DNA of 51,222 nt, from the sequence record SRR31156797_8344. The stretch is one strand, 5' to 3'. Numbering within the stretch: the stretch's first letter is position 1; each line of letters opens with the position of its first letter. The notes under the pieces were generated by a model that was given only the letters and a program-made list of their open reading frames with translations, was not told where the DNA came from and made no database searches. The position numbers and the translations under genes are program-made. Below, one piece after another: positions 39,529 to 50,794 of this stretch.

Positions 39529-41598
39529 GTGAAAAAACGAATCGTAGATGTTTTACATCGCCTGTTGGTGACTGATTATCCACTATCCATCGAGCAACTG
39601 GCAGAAGAGACCGCAGCCAGTGGGCGGACGATCCGCAATGATTTGAATGAGATCAACACGTTTCTTGCTGACTTACACATCGGACCGATCCAAACCCTTC
39701 GAGGAAAGGGCATCCTTTTGAAACTGACCTCGAAGCAGCAAGCCATTGTTTGGCAGGCATTACAGGCACAACAGTCGGAATATATGACCCGTGAAGAGCG
39801 GAGTTTTGATCTGCTACTGCATCTGACATTTTCAAAAGAGATCCTGGTGTTGAATAAAAAAGAAGAAGCGTACCAGATATCGAAAAGCAGCATGGATGAA
39901 GACATGCGCCGTTTGCGGGCGGACATCAATAAATATGGCATTGAGATCATTAGTCTAGGAAAAAAAGGACTGCGGTTGAATGGATCGGAACGAGCGATTC
40001 GGACGATGATTTTTGACATCATCAATCAGCGGATCGGTAGGCTGCCACTTGATAAACAGACCCCAGATTTAGTCTTTACGAAATTGCTTTATCGCTATTT
40101 GCCGCAAAAAGAAATCAAACAGATCCAACAAGTGATGCAAGCAGTGTTGCCGCCAAATCAAAATGAGTTGTATAGCAGCCAAATCTTATTGTTTACCGCC
40201 ATTTGGCTGATGCGCATCAGAATGAAGGAATTTATCACACGCATGAATTGGTCTACTTCCAGCAATCCTCTCCAAGGGTCAGCCTATATCCAGGCGATCG
40301 CTGAAACCTTTTCGATCGAGCCACCAGAAATCGAAGTCAACTATCTTTCTTTCATCATCGAATCACTGAATTTTAAAGATTTGTCCAATTCCATCGAATG
40401 GGCGCATGCGCAACTTTTGTCGCTGCAGCTGATCCAATTTGTGGAATGCCAAACCAAGATCCCTTTTAGTAAAAAGGAAGAAGAGCTGTTAGAGGGATTG
40501 TATAAACATATGGCAGCGCTGATCGTTCGAGCCAAGAGCGGCATTCAAGTACCCAATCCGATCAAAGAGACTGTTCGCAAAAATTATGGACAAATCTACC
40601 AAGCCGTCAAGGGCTTCGCCCCCACGATCGAAGAGATCGTCGGTCAACCACTATCAGAAGATGAACTGACATTTCTCGTGATCCATTTTTCTACAGCCCT
40701 AAGTTCATTGAACCACGAAATCATTACGAGCTATAAGGCGGTCGTCGTCTGTAACCATGGAATGGCAACCGGCAATCTGCTGGCAGCCAGCCTCAAGGAG
40801 AAGTTTCCAGAAGTAGAAGTTGCGGCAGTCTTGAATTCACAAGAAGTCAATTTGATTACGAAATTCGATGTGGATCTGGTTTTTTCAACCTATGAGATCG
40901 ATTATCGAGAAAAGCCGGTATTACTGATCCCACCGATCATCAATGAAGAAAATCACCAAGTGATCCGCCGTTTCTTAAACAACAATGAACAATTCAAGCG
41001 GATCGCCTTTGACCAAAAAAATGCCACGCTGTTCTTCAATCAGTTGCTTACAGTGATTGAAGAAAGCGGCGGGACAGTCGATGCTGCCGCCTATCGCAAA
41101 TTGACACACTTGTTTGAACAAAATCAATTAGCCATTAATGCAAGGGAGATTCAGCCAATGTTAAAAGATGTTTTATCCGCTAATCACATTCAATTAAACG
41201 TTCCTGTTCAAAATTGGGAAGAAGCCATTGAACGCTCTGCGCAGCCGCTAGTAAAAGAACAGATCATCGAAAAACGCTATATCGAGGCAATGGTTGCGGC
41301 GGTGGAAGAATACGGTCCTTATATCGTCATCGGCAAACATTTGGCGCTGGCGCATGCACGACCAGAAGATGGCGCCCAGCAGTTGGGTGTGAGTGTCCTC
41401 ACCTTGGCGCCGCCAGTCGCATTTGGGAACCCAGAAATGGACCCTGTCAAAATCATTTTTTGCTTGGCTGCGGTGGACTCCTACTCTCATCTTGCCATCA
41501 TGAAGGAATTGATCGAACTGATCAATGACGAAGAAAAAGTCACGCAGTTGCTGGCTTGCTCTACGATTGAAGCGTTTCAATCATTGCTATTTTCATAA
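39529..41598 (+). CDS. BglG/PRD regulator with EIIB and EIIA domains
   Basis: HTH (SGRTIRNDL), PRD, VCNHGMATG, GPYIVI...LAHARP. Confidence 0.9.
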   Translation: MKKRIVDVLHRLLVTDYPLSIEQLAEETAASGRTIRNDLNEINTFLADLHIGPIQTLRGKGILLKLTSKQQAIVWQALQAQQSEYMTREERSFDLLLHLTFSKEILVLNKKEEAYQISKSSMDEDMRRLRADINKYGIEIISLGKKGLRLNGSERAIRTMIFDIINQRIGRLPLDKQTPDLVFTKLLYRYLPQKEIKQIQQVMQAVLPPNQNELYSSQILLFTAIWLMRIRMKEFITRMNWSTSSNPLQGSAYIQAIAETFSIEPPEIEVNYLSFIIESLNFKDLSNSIEWAHAQLLSLQLIQFVECQTKIPFSKKEEELLEGLYKHMAALIVRAKSGIQVPNPIKETVRKNYGQIYQAVKGFAPTIEEIVGQPLSEDELTFLVIHFSTALSSLNHEIITSYKAVVVCNHGMATGNLLAASLKEKFPEVEVAAVLNSQEVNLITKFDVDLVFSTYEIDYREKPVLLIPPIINEENHQVIRRFLNNNEQFKRIAFDQKNATLFFNQLLTVIEESGGTVDAAAYRKLTHLFEQNQLAINAREIQPMLKDVLSANHIQLNVPVQNWEEAIERSAQPLVKEQIIEKRYIEAMVAAVEEYGPYIVIGKHLALAHARPEDGAQQLGVSVLTLAPPVAFGNPEMDPVKIIFCLAAVDSYSHLAIMKELIELINDEEKVTQLLACSTIEAFQSLLFS

Positions 41599-41622
41599 AA
41601 AACAAGAAAAGGGGAAAAAATC

Positions 41623-41925
41623 ATGAACAAATTATCGATCTTATTCGTATGCGGTGCAGGTCTTGGCAGCAGTTTTGCGGCTCAGATGTCAACAGAAGAT
41701 GTCTTAACGAAATTAGGAGTGGAGGCGAAATTGGATCATGTCGATATCTCATCAGCAGTATCAATGAAACCAGACATCATCATTACGGCAGAGAATTTTC
41801 GGACGCAATTTGAAAAGTTTGCTTTGGACCCGACAACCGCAATCATTTATTTACGCAACATCGTTTCAAAACCAGAAATCGAAGAAAAAATCATCCCAGT
41901 ATTAACGGAAAAAGGCGCACTGTAA
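41623..41925 (+). CDS. PTS EIIB component
   Basis: VCGAGLGSS. Confidence 0.9.
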   Translation: MNKLSILFVCGAGLGSSFAAQMSTEDVLTKLGVEAKLDHVDISSAVSMKPDIIITAENFRTQFEKFALDPTTAIIYLRNIVSKPEIEEKIIPVLTEKGAL

Positions 41926-41956
41926 GGAAGAGGCATGACGAAGGGAGTTTGAAAAA

Positions 41957-43246
41957 ATGGGCATCATCAATTTTATCATTGATAATATTTTAACGCAGGC
42001 ATCGATCACGATCGCTTTGATCGCGATGTTAGGGCTGTTGCTTCAGAAAAAGTCAGCAGGTCAAGTCATTTCAGGAAGTTTGAAGACGCTATTGGGCTTC
42101 CAGGTTTTAAGCGCTGGTTCTAGCATCATCGTCGGTAGTTTGACCTATTTCGGCGAGATTTTCACAGAAGGATTCGACATGCAAGGCATAATTCCTTCCA
42201 TCGAAGCCATCAACGGGCAAGCGATGAATGAGTTGGGCTTGGGTCGGGACATAGCGCTGACATTTTTAGCCATCTTTGTTTTTAATATTTTATTGGCACG
42301 CTTTACAAAATGGAAATATATTTTCTTGACGGGTCAAGCCATTTTATGGATGGCGACCATGACGACGGTCTTTGGCTATTTCGCTGGTTTACGGGGCGTT
42401 GTCTTGATTCTTGTCGGTGGGTTGATTGGGGCGATCTTTGCCGTAGCGATGCCAGCGATGGCTCAGCTCATCATCCGCAAAGTCACTGGTTCAGACGACA
42501 TTGCTCTCGGACATTTCTGTACGATCGGTTACCTCTTTGAAGCAGGCGTTGCCTATCTGTTTGGAGAAAGAGGCGAGAAGAAAAAATCGATCGAAGACAT
42601 CAAACTGCCACGTTCTTTTGAATTTTTACAAGATACCTATCTTTCTGTCATGGTCGTGATGGTTCCACTGTATATCGTGACGGTCTTGTTTGCTGGAGAA
42701 ACCTTTGCTTCTACGCTCTCTGGTGATCAAAATTACATCATGTATGCCTTCTTACAAGCCATTCAATTCGTGGTTGGGGTCTATGTTTTGCTAGCAGGCG
42801 TTCGGTTGCTCTTAGGCGAGATCGTCCCTGCGTTTCGTGGGATCGCCATGAAATTGGTGCCTGATGCAAAACCAGCACTCGATTGCCCAGTGTTCTTCCC
42901 ATATAGCCCCAATGCAGTTATTTTAGGCTTCATTACTACAACGATTGGGACAGTCATCGCCATGTTCGTTTTACCAGTCTTTGGCTTGGCGATGATCTTG
43001 CCGGGGATGCTGACGAACTTCTTTGCCGGCGGTACCGCTGGGATCTTCGGCAATGCGGTCGGTGGACGTCGAGGGGCGATCATCGGAGGGATCTTCCACG
43101 GTTTCTTCATTACGTTACTACCAGCCCTACTTGTGACGATCTTCAATCAAATGGGCTTTGTTAACGCTACGGCAACTGATGTGGATACCGTCACGGCAGC
43201 CCTGCTATATGCTTGGATCATCAGTCCATTGTTGAAAAACTTTTAA
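41957..43246 (+). CDS. PTS ascorbate-family EIIC (UlaA-like)
   Basis: YIFLTGQ, ALGH, EIVPAFRGIA, PALDCP, GGRRGA. Confidence 0.9.
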   Translation: MGIINFIIDNILTQASITIALIAMLGLLLQKKSAGQVISGSLKTLLGFQVLSAGSSIIVGSLTYFGEIFTEGFDMQGIIPSIEAINGQAMNELGLGRDIALTFLAIFVFNILLARFTKWKYIFLTGQAILWMATMTTVFGYFAGLRGVVLILVGGLIGAIFAVAMPAMAQLIIRKVTGSDDIALGHFCTIGYLFEAGVAYLFGERGEKKKSIEDIKLPRSFEFLQDTYLSVMVVMVPLYIVTVLFAGETFASTLSGDQNYIMYAFLQAIQFVVGVYVLLAGVRLLLGEIVPAFRGIAMKLVPDAKPALDCPVFFPYSPNAVILGFITTTIGTVIAMFVLPVFGLAMILPGMLTNFFAGGTAGIFGNAVGGRRGAIIGGIFHGFFITLLPALLVTIFNQMGFVNATATDVDTVTAALLYAWIISPLLKNF

Positions 43247-43264
43247 TCGCTAGGAGGAAGACGC

Positions 43265-43657
43265 ATGTTCTCTTTTTTCAAAAAAGAAAAAAAGCCCACA
43301 GAAACACCAGCGGTTCCTTTGACCGCTGAAGAAAGCCAAGAGGAAGAAGCGCTTATTAAAACTTTAGAAAGTCAGTTGCAAGCAGAAACCGACATCGACG
43401 AACAGGCAAAATTGTATGAAGCGTTAGGCTTAGCCCAGGCAAAACTTTCTCGCACAGAAGAAGCGATCGACGCATTGGAAAAAAGTTTGCAGGCGAAGAA
43501 ATCGATCGGGGACGGCTACAAAAAACTGATGTCCCTTTACAATGCTCAGCGTGCCGCCGCCGCACGAAATGGCGACGATGCAAAGATCGACTATTACATG
43601 GATAAAATGGAAGAAATGCGGCAAATCGCCAAACAACTTACGATCAGCGGCAATTAA
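43265..43657 (+). CDS. Small TPR-like protein
   Basis: AKLYEALGLAQAKLSRTEEAIDALEKSL TPR pattern; AGGAGG RBS. Confidence 0.7.
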   Translation: MFSFFKKEKKPTETPAVPLTAEESQEEEALIKTLESQLQAETDIDEQAKLYEALGLAQAKLSRTEEAIDALEKSLQAKKSIGDGYKKLMSLYNAQRAAAARNGDDAKIDYYMDKMEEMRQIAKQLTISGN

Positions 43658-43679
43658 ACTAGACGAGGTGGAATCAAGG

Positions 43680-44546
43680 ATGTATACAACATTAAAAGAA
43701 GTAACGAAAACAGCAGAAGCATTGAATTTTACAGTGGGGGCTTTTAATACCCATAATTTAGAAATGCTGCCAAGCATGCTACGGGCAGCCAAAGAGATGG
43801 GGGCACCTATCATCATTCAAACAAGTATCGATACGGCGAAATACATCGGCTATGATGTCTTGGTCAATGTCGTCAAAACGATTGCCGATCACGAGCTGGT
43901 GGACGCTGTCTTGCATTTGGACCATGCCAGAGATTTCGATGAGATCAAAGCGGCGATTGATAGCGGCTATAGCTCGGTGATGTATGATGGCTCGCATTTG
44001 CCCTTCAAAGAAAACATTTTGAAAACGCGCGCAGTCGTAGAATACGCTCATGCCCATGGGGTGTCCGTCGAAGGAGAACTAGGAACGATCGGCGGCACAG
44101 AAGAAGGCATTCATGTGGAAGAAGACGATAAAGTCTTCACACGCCCAGAAGATGCGGTAGAGTTTGTCGCTGCTACTGGCGTCGATGCGCTAGCCATCGC
44201 TATCGGAACCAATCATGGCCAATTCCGCTCCAAAACCGAAGTGAATGTTGCGTTATTGAAGGAGATCCATGCAGTCGTCGACGTGCCGCTAGTCATTCAT
44301 GGAGGAACTGGCGTCAAAGAAGAAGATTATCCTGAATTGATCAATAACGGCATTCGTAAGTTTAATGTAGGTACTGAATTGTTGGTGAACTGGACGAAGA
44401 TTGCGAAAGAAAATTTTGGGGCAACGGAAGTCAACAAATCATTGCGTCACAACGTGATCCCATCCAATGAAGCCATCAAAGAAATCGTCAAGCACAAGAT
44501 CGGTCTTTTCATGAATACGAAAGCGCCGACTGCAATCGGCAAATAG
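43680..44546 (+). CDS. Class II fructose/tagatose-bisphosphate aldolase family
   Basis: VGAFN, LHLDH, SVMYDGS, EGELG, GTNHG, IHGGTG, KFNVGT; start moved to ATG 43680. Confidence 0.92.
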   Translation: MYTTLKEVTKTAEALNFTVGAFNTHNLEMLPSMLRAAKEMGAPIIIQTSIDTAKYIGYDVLVNVVKTIADHELVDAVLHLDHARDFDEIKAAIDSGYSSVMYDGSHLPFKENILKTRAVVEYAHAHGVSVEGELGTIGGTEEGIHVEEDDKVFTRPEDAVEFVAATGVDALAIAIGTNHGQFRSKTEVNVALLKEIHAVVDVPLVIHGGTGVKEEDYPELINNGIRKFNVGTELLVNWTKIAKENFGATEVNKSLRHNVIPSNEAIKEIVKHKIGLFMNTKAPTAIGK

Positions 44547-45173
44547 ATGGTACGCAAAAAGATGCTTGTTTTATTGGCAGGCAGCCCTGGAACTGGAAAA
44601 AGTTATTTATTGAATCTGTTGAAGACACGTTTTCCTGATCTTTTCGCTCTTACGCCAGATGAAATCAAAGAATGCTATGCCGAATCCCTTGGCTTTGATT
44701 CATTGGCAGAAAAAGCCCAGATCGAAAAGCAGTATGTTTGGCCTTTTTACTATCAGGCATTGGGCTTGTACATGTCTCTAGGAAAACGTTTGGTGGTCTC
44801 GGAATACCCCTTTAGTGAAAAGCAGAAGCCCTTGCTGACTTTTCTCGCTCAAAGCTATGGCTACGACTGCTTGACCATACGTTTGACTGCCTCGTTTGAA
44901 ACCTTATGGGAAAGACGTTTCATACGTGATCGAGCGGATGACCGTCATTTGAGTTTTATCATGGAACGATACCATTACGGGGATGTGCTGGAAGATAGAC
45001 AAGCTGCAACCAACCATATAACCAAAGAAGCGTTTCGGCAAATCATCACCGATCGCCGGTACGATGACTTTCAGTTAGGGGAGCTTATCGAAGTCAATGT
45101 GGAAGATTACGAGCAAGTGGATTATCGCCCGTTGATCGAGAGAATCGCTGAACAACTCAATGACTTAAATTGA
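44547..45173 (+). CDS. P-loop kinase (AAA_33-like)
   Basis: LLAGSPGTGKS Walker A; DEIKE. Confidence 0.75.
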   Translation: MVRKKMLVLLAGSPGTGKSYLLNLLKTRFPDLFALTPDEIKECYAESLGFDSLAEKAQIEKQYVWPFYYQALGLYMSLGKRLVVSEYPFSEKQKPLLTFLAQSYGYDCLTIRLTASFETLWERRFIRDRADDRHLSFIMERYHYGDVLEDRQAATNHITKEAFRQIITDRRYDDFQLGELIEVNVEDYEQVDYRPLIERIAEQLNDLN

Positions 45174-45175
45174 AG

Positions 45176-45216
45176 AAAAACAGGCGCTACACCTGAAAAG
45201 GGCAGCGCCTGTTTTT
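45176..45216. terminator. Bidirectional terminator
   Basis: AAAAACAGGCGCT / AGCGCCTGTTTTT. Confidence 0.8.
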
Positions 45217-46257
45217 TTAGTCTAAGCCCAAAAATTTCGAAGTTCCTTGGTTTTGGACTTGGAGGATTTCGGCTAATACTTTGGCATCAAATTGCCCCTC
45301 TTTATTGGCAGAATAGACATTGACCTTGAGCTGGTAGTCGGGCAAAGCATAGTTTTCAAGACTTGCTTCAAGCTGCGCGACCGCTTGTTTCGAGAGTGGT
45401 TCACCGACGAGTTTTAATTCAAGGGATTGTTTCTGCTCATTAAGTGTTTGCTCCAGCAAATAATGTTCCCCCAGTTTGGCTTCTACAAAACGCTTGGCAT
45501 GGTATTCCACGATGGTCGTTTGGATCGTCGTATAAACGAAGAAACTCCCAATGACCGTGATCGGTAAGGCAACCACGGCAAACTTCCACCATTTTTGGTG
45601 ACGGAAATCCCCATACTGCAACAGCCAGATGGTAATGAACAAGGAAAAACAAATCAAAAAGGAATTGGTGAAGAAGAGTTGAGCGGATTCCCATGAAATC
45701 GAATAGTCTTTGATCGACAGCCCATAACCTGTCACACAAAGCGGCAAAATCAGGGACGTCCCGATGGAGACGCCGATAATAACATCGTTGTCGCGGCCCC
45801 TGACTTTGGCAAAAGCCAGTGCTGAACCACCGATCAATGCGACGCAAATATCCCAAATCGTCGCAGATGTTTGGGTGATGATCTCAGGGGTTGTGTCTTT
45901 GACTGGCGTGAGTAAGAAAAAGGCAAATGAGATGATAAGTACGATGATGACTTGGATGCTAAAGACCAGCAGCCCTTTTTTGACTAAGCGCAAGTGGGAA
46001 AGACCTAAACCAAAGCCGATCCCGTTGATCCCATTTAAAAGTGGCGAAATTAACATCGCCCCGATAATCGTTGTCGTAGAGTTGTAGTTCAAACCAATCG
46101 AAGCAATCAGCGTTGCACAAACTAAAAGTGCATAGACGAGCATCGTTTGGTCCATATCTTTTTGAATTTTTCCAATCAATTGTTCTTTGGAAACTAAATC
46201 AGGCGTTAAGTTCACCTTCATCATCCTTTCTGAGAAAAATCGTTCTGCTCTTTTCAT
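45217..46257 (-). CDS. DUF389-family membrane protein
   Basis: IASIGLNYNS...IIGAMLISPL; GVSIGTSLILPL; start uncertain. Confidence 0.82.
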   Translation of the reverse strand: MKRAERFFSERMMKVNLTPDLVSKEQLIGKIQKDMDQTMLVYALLVCATLIASIGLNYNSTTTIIGAMLISPLLNGINGIGFGLGLSHLRLVKKGLLVFSIQVIIVLIISFAFFLLTPVKDTTPEIITQTSATIWDICVALIGGSALAFAKVRGRDNDVIIGVSIGTSLILPLCVTGYGLSIKDYSISWESAQLFFTNSFLICFSLFITIWLLQYGDFRHQKWWKFAVVALPITVIGSFFVYTTIQTTIVEYHAKRFVEAKLGEHYLLEQTLNEQKQSLELKLVGEPLSKQAVAQLEASLENYALPDYQLKVNVYSANKEGQFDAKVLAEILQVQNQGTSKFLGLD

Positions 46258-46410
46258 TGTCCCTTAAATCGGCTGATTTTACAAAAATCTGCGTTTATCA
46301 GGCGATGGCAGCAACGAAAATTCAATGATTGGGTTGCCAATCTTTTGCAAAACCACCGAATTCCTCTAGAATAAGAAGCATAACAGAGAAATGGAAAAGG
46401 CGGGGAATGG

Positions 46411-47010
46411 ATGAAAGATTATTTTGCGCAATACAAACGCCTGTTATCGATCGCTGAAGCAGGTTTGTACTATGGCAAAGATGTGTACGATAAGGAACGT
46501 TATCAAGAGATCAAAGAGTTGGCATTGCATTTGATGAGTACCGTCGTGGATCAAGACGCAGCTGCGTTGACCCTTTTAACAGAAAAAAATGAGGGCTATC
46601 CTACGCCTAAAGTCGATGTACGAGCATTGATCCAAAAAGGCGAAAAAATATTGCTGGTGGAAGACAGCCTGACGAAAGAATGGTCACTGCCAGGAGGCTA
46701 TGCAGAGATTGGCTTGACGCCTCGGGAAAACATCAAAAAAGAAGTGCTGGAAGAAACCGGTTTGCTAGTAGAGGTGAAGGAGCTGCGAGCAATTTTTGAT
46801 ACGAATCTAAGACAAGACATTCCGCAAGTGTTTCAATACTATAAGTTGGTCTTTGAATGTGAGGTTCTGGCAGGGGACTTTATCAAAAACAGTGAAACCT
46901 CCAACAGCGATTACTTTGCGTTGAACGAGTTGCCAAAGCTTTCCATCAAGCGCACCACCAAGGAACAGCTGGAGCAATTGATGAATGAGAAGTCGTTACA
47001 CGTTGATTAA
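46411..47010 (+). CDS. Nudix hydrolase with N-terminal domain (YjhB-like)
   Basis: GYPTPKVDVR; LPGG...KEVLEETG Nudix box. Confidence 0.9.
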   Translation: MKDYFAQYKRLLSIAEAGLYYGKDVYDKERYQEIKELALHLMSTVVDQDAAALTLLTEKNEGYPTPKVDVRALIQKGEKILLVEDSLTKEWSLPGGYAEIGLTPRENIKKEVLEETGLLVEVKELRAIFDTNLRQDIPQVFQYYKLVFECEVLAGDFIKNSETSNSDYFALNELPKLSIKRTTKEQLEQLMNEKSLHVD

Positions 47011-47170
47011 AAACAGCTAAGGGTAAGATGTTGGAAAAAGCGTTTTATTGGTTTTTTTAACCGGATAATATTTACTTGCAGATAAAGTTGGTTTATGATT
47101 GATTTCGTCGTTTTCATTATAAAAAATCAAGCAATTGCGACACCTTTGCTTGATTGCTGGAGGAGTAAAA

Positions 47171-48481
47171 ATGAAGAATCAAATCAATTCCTTTTTTGGG
47201 CTAGATACCTTACAAACAACGGTCAAACGAGAAATCTTAGCTGGTTTCACCACCTTTATCTCAATGGCCTATATTTTATTCGTCAATCCAACGGTCCTTG
47301 GGGCATCTGGGATGGACGAAGGTGCCGTCTTTACAGCAACGGCGTTAGCCAGTGCCTTGGGCTGTATCTTGATGGGGGTTTTAGCAAAATATCCGATCGC
47401 TACAGCACCCGCATTAGGGATCAACGCTTTCTTTTCTTATTCAGTCTGTATTGGAATGGGGGTTCCATGGCAAACAGCATTAGCTGGCGTTTTTGTGGCA
47501 TCACTGATTTTCATCGTGATCACGATCTTCAAATTACGGGAGCTGATCATTGATGCGATCCCTGCTGATTTAAAATACGCCATCTCTGGCGGGATCGGTC
47601 TGTTCATCGCCTTTTTGGGACTGAGCGAAGGTGGGATCATCGTTTCCGACGATTCGACCCTTGTGGCACTAGGTTCATTGAGTGTCGGTACGACGTGGCT
47701 GACGATTTTTGGTCTAGTGATCACTGCCGTCTTGATGGTTCGCCGAGTTCCTGGTGGAATTTTTATCGGGATGGCCGCAACAACTGTTTTAGGTCTTTTG
47801 ACTGGCTTGATCCAAGCACCGTCCAGTATCGTTTCTGCTGCACCAAGTATTTCTTCCACATTCTTAGTGGCGCTCAACCATGTAGGAGACATCAACTCCC
47901 TGCAAATGTGGGTCGTGGTGCTGACTTTCTTACTCGTCACTTTCTTTGATACCGCAGGCACCTTGGTGGGACTTGCCAATCAAGCTGGTTTCATGAAAGA
48001 CAACAAAATGCCACGGGTCGGCAAAGCACTTGCTTCTGACTCCACTGCCATGCTCGCCGGTTCTTTATTAGGGACCTCACCAGTAGGGGCGTATGTGGAA
48101 TCTTCCGCTGGGATCGCCGTGGGCGGTCGTTCTGGCTTGACTGCTGTGACGACTGGAATTTTCTTCTTGTTCGGCTTGTTCTTTTCACCATTGCTATCCG
48201 TTGTCACTTCTCAAGTGACCGCACCAGCACTGATCGTCGTAGGTGTATTGATGGCGCAATCGCTGCGAGAGATCAAATGGCACGAAATGGAAATCGCAAT
48301 CCCAGCCTTCTTGATTCTATTAGGCATGCCGTTGACCTACAGCATCTCCGATGGGATCGCGTTGGGCTTCATCTTTTACCCAATTACCATGTTAGCAGCC
48401 AAACGCGGCAAAGAAGTCTCACCAATCATGTACGCCTTGTTCTTTGTCTTTCTTGGGTTTATGTGGATTTTGAATGTGTGA
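47171..48481 (+). CDS. NCS2/AzgA-type purine permease
   Basis: EILAGFTTFISMAYILFVNP, FFDTAGT, YVESSAG, GGRSGL; GGAGG RBS before ATG 47171. Confidence 0.92.
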   Translation: MKNQINSFFGLDTLQTTVKREILAGFTTFISMAYILFVNPTVLGASGMDEGAVFTATALASALGCILMGVLAKYPIATAPALGINAFFSYSVCIGMGVPWQTALAGVFVASLIFIVITIFKLRELIIDAIPADLKYAISGGIGLFIAFLGLSEGGIIVSDDSTLVALGSLSVGTTWLTIFGLVITAVLMVRRVPGGIFIGMAATTVLGLLTGLIQAPSSIVSAAPSISSTFLVALNHVGDINSLQMWVVVLTFLLVTFFDTAGTLVGLANQAGFMKDNKMPRVGKALASDSTAMLAGSLLGTSPVGAYVESSAGIAVGGRSGLTAVTTGIFFLFGLFFSPLLSVVTSQVTAPALIVVGVLMAQSLREIKWHEMEIAIPAFLILLGMPLTYSISDGIALGFIFYPITMLAAKRGKEVSPIMYALFFVFLGFMWILNV

Positions 48482-49075
48482 GGGACATTTTAAGAGTAGG
48501 AATTGTATTCCTATATGAAATGAAAAAACAGGCAAGCTTGAGGCTTGGCTGTTTTTTTATTTGGAATAATTGGTAAATAGATGTGAACATTGATTTTTAA
48601 AATGTCTATATGATAGTACGTATGATTGAGGATTTTCTATTCAATCAGAAATAGTCAGAGTTATGTTCTAACTACTCTTGAGAAGAACGCTACTTCTCAA
48701 TAAAAAAGTGAATTGATTATATATCAAATTATGGATTCGATTTTCAACTTATAATTTTTCACCATATTTAGCTTTAAGGTGAAATATAAAATATCCTGAG
48801 AGATGTTGTTTCAGTTTTCCATTCTTATTTTTTTACAATTTCTTCAACTGATCTATTTCATTATAATATCTTGTTAAAATTGTGGTAGCTGTTTAATATA
48901 CTGTTTGGCTTCACTTTAAATATTTTTTAAATTATCATTAAATAGAAATAGTTTATAGGAAATGGATATTTTTAGCTTATTTTTTCAAATATCATAGATC
49001 AAATAAGGTATGATTAAATGAATATACAATGTTAAGATAGGTATAGTGATTTTGATTTGAATTGGAGGTGTGTAG

Positions 49076-50553
49076 ATGAAAAACTTACAACTGAAGTTTA
49101 TTGCTGACCCGACAACTGTTCGTTGGTTTCGGATACTAAACCTTTTTGAACGCACTCAAATAGCGACCAAAGGCCAATTAGCTAAACTAAATGAAGTTTC
49201 TGAACGGACGATTTTAACTGATATAAACAAGTTAAAAGAATATTTTTCTGATAGTGCTAAAATTGTTTCAACCAATAATGGCTATCTTTTCGAAAAAAAG
49301 AATTCCCTACGATTTATTGAACAAAAAGAAAAGCTATTGCAAAATGAAATTCTGTTTGAATTGTTAGGGAATATTTTCTATGGTGAACTAGAGGATGTAG
49401 CGGAATTGATTGACCGTTTTCACCTTTCTGAAACGTCTTTTCGACGCTATTTGAGACGAATTGAGCCGGTTCTTAAAGAATACGGCTTAAAACTATCACT
49501 TACTCCAATTGATTTAAAAGGTGATGAAGCAAACATCCGAAAATTTTTCAAAGACTTTTATTATGAAGGAGAAATGACCCCTCACACGTTGGTTCCTCCT
49601 AAAGAGATTCATGGATTAATCTATCAGACTTTTTTATCGAAGTTAACTGAAGCATCAGTTGGAACAGGTACTTCGCCGATTGAATTTTATTACAGTTATA
49701 TATTGCTATTGAGCGAGTACGACAAGGAAAAACAATCAAAGTACCATCAAAGCTTTATAAAAATGTAATGAATAGCAAGGACTCCAATAATCTACTTTTG
49801 ATCCAGCAAAGAATTCAAAAGAACTATCAAGTTGAATTAGGAGTAAACGAGCTTTGTTGGTTATATTTAGCTACTATTGCCAAGCGTCCTTTTGATCGAG
49901 TCGATCAAGATAAACTATTTTGTGAACTGTTACAATTAAATGATTCTTTAACTGTTCTAACGGAAAATTATCTAAAAAACTACTTTCCAGAATTACACAC
50001 AACCGAACTATTTTGGGTTTTCGACGCTTTTTTCCTTTCGAGATATATCAATCACTTGATTTCTCCGGTCCAAAATAAAATAATGTCTGAGATTATAGAA
50101 AAAACCAAGTTTGAATGTAAGGAATCATACATGAAAAATCGCCATTTTCTGCGCTCCTTTCTATCTAAATTAGATTTAACAGAAGACTTTTTGGAAGATA
50201 TGGCGACTAGCTTAACATTGCTATCAGAAAGACTGCGGGAACAATGGTTATATAAAAGGAAGAAAATTGTTTTTTTATTAGAAGGCGATCTATATGTTTG
50301 TCAAATGATAAAATCTCGAGTTTTTCAATATTTTGGTGATCGGCATCAAATCTTTTTCATTGCGATTCCTGCTTTGACGGAAGATTTTTTGAATCAAGAA
50401 GATATTGATCTAGTTGTCACGAATTATAGTGAATATCTATCAGAGTATAATCTAAGTACCAACTGGTTACTATTAAAAACAGTACCTGATAAACAGGACT
50501 GGGAACTATTATTCAGAACAGTCGAACCTCAAATGTTCGAACTTATAAAATAA
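49076..50553 (+). pseudogene. Mga/AtxA-like regulator split by a single frameshift
   Basis: HTH-Mga N-terminus (GDEANIRKFF); -1 frame after 49684 reads QLYIAIERVRQGKTI...KNVMNSKD, continuous with ORF 49768-50553. Confidence 0.8.
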
Positions 50554-50794
50554 TTAAATAATAAACATATTTTAAGTCTATTCAAAAGCAGGGAAAGCCT
50601 TTTGAATAGGCTTTTTTATGCTGTATTTCCCCCCAGGGTGAAAAATACGATTTTTGTATTCAAAAGCAACCTTATATACTCTTCTTTAGAACTTAGTATC
50701 CTTTTATGACTATACGGATTCGAAGGTGACTGCCTGAATAATAAATGATCATGATTTGAGAAATTGAAGCGAAAAGAATAGGAGTGTTAGGAAA

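Noticed and set aside
47040-47170. Purine riboswitch upstream of the NCS2 permease
   Set aside because: No aptamer core (GATATGG...GTTTCTACC...CCGTAAA); only a simple AATCAAGCAA/TTGCTTGATT hairpin
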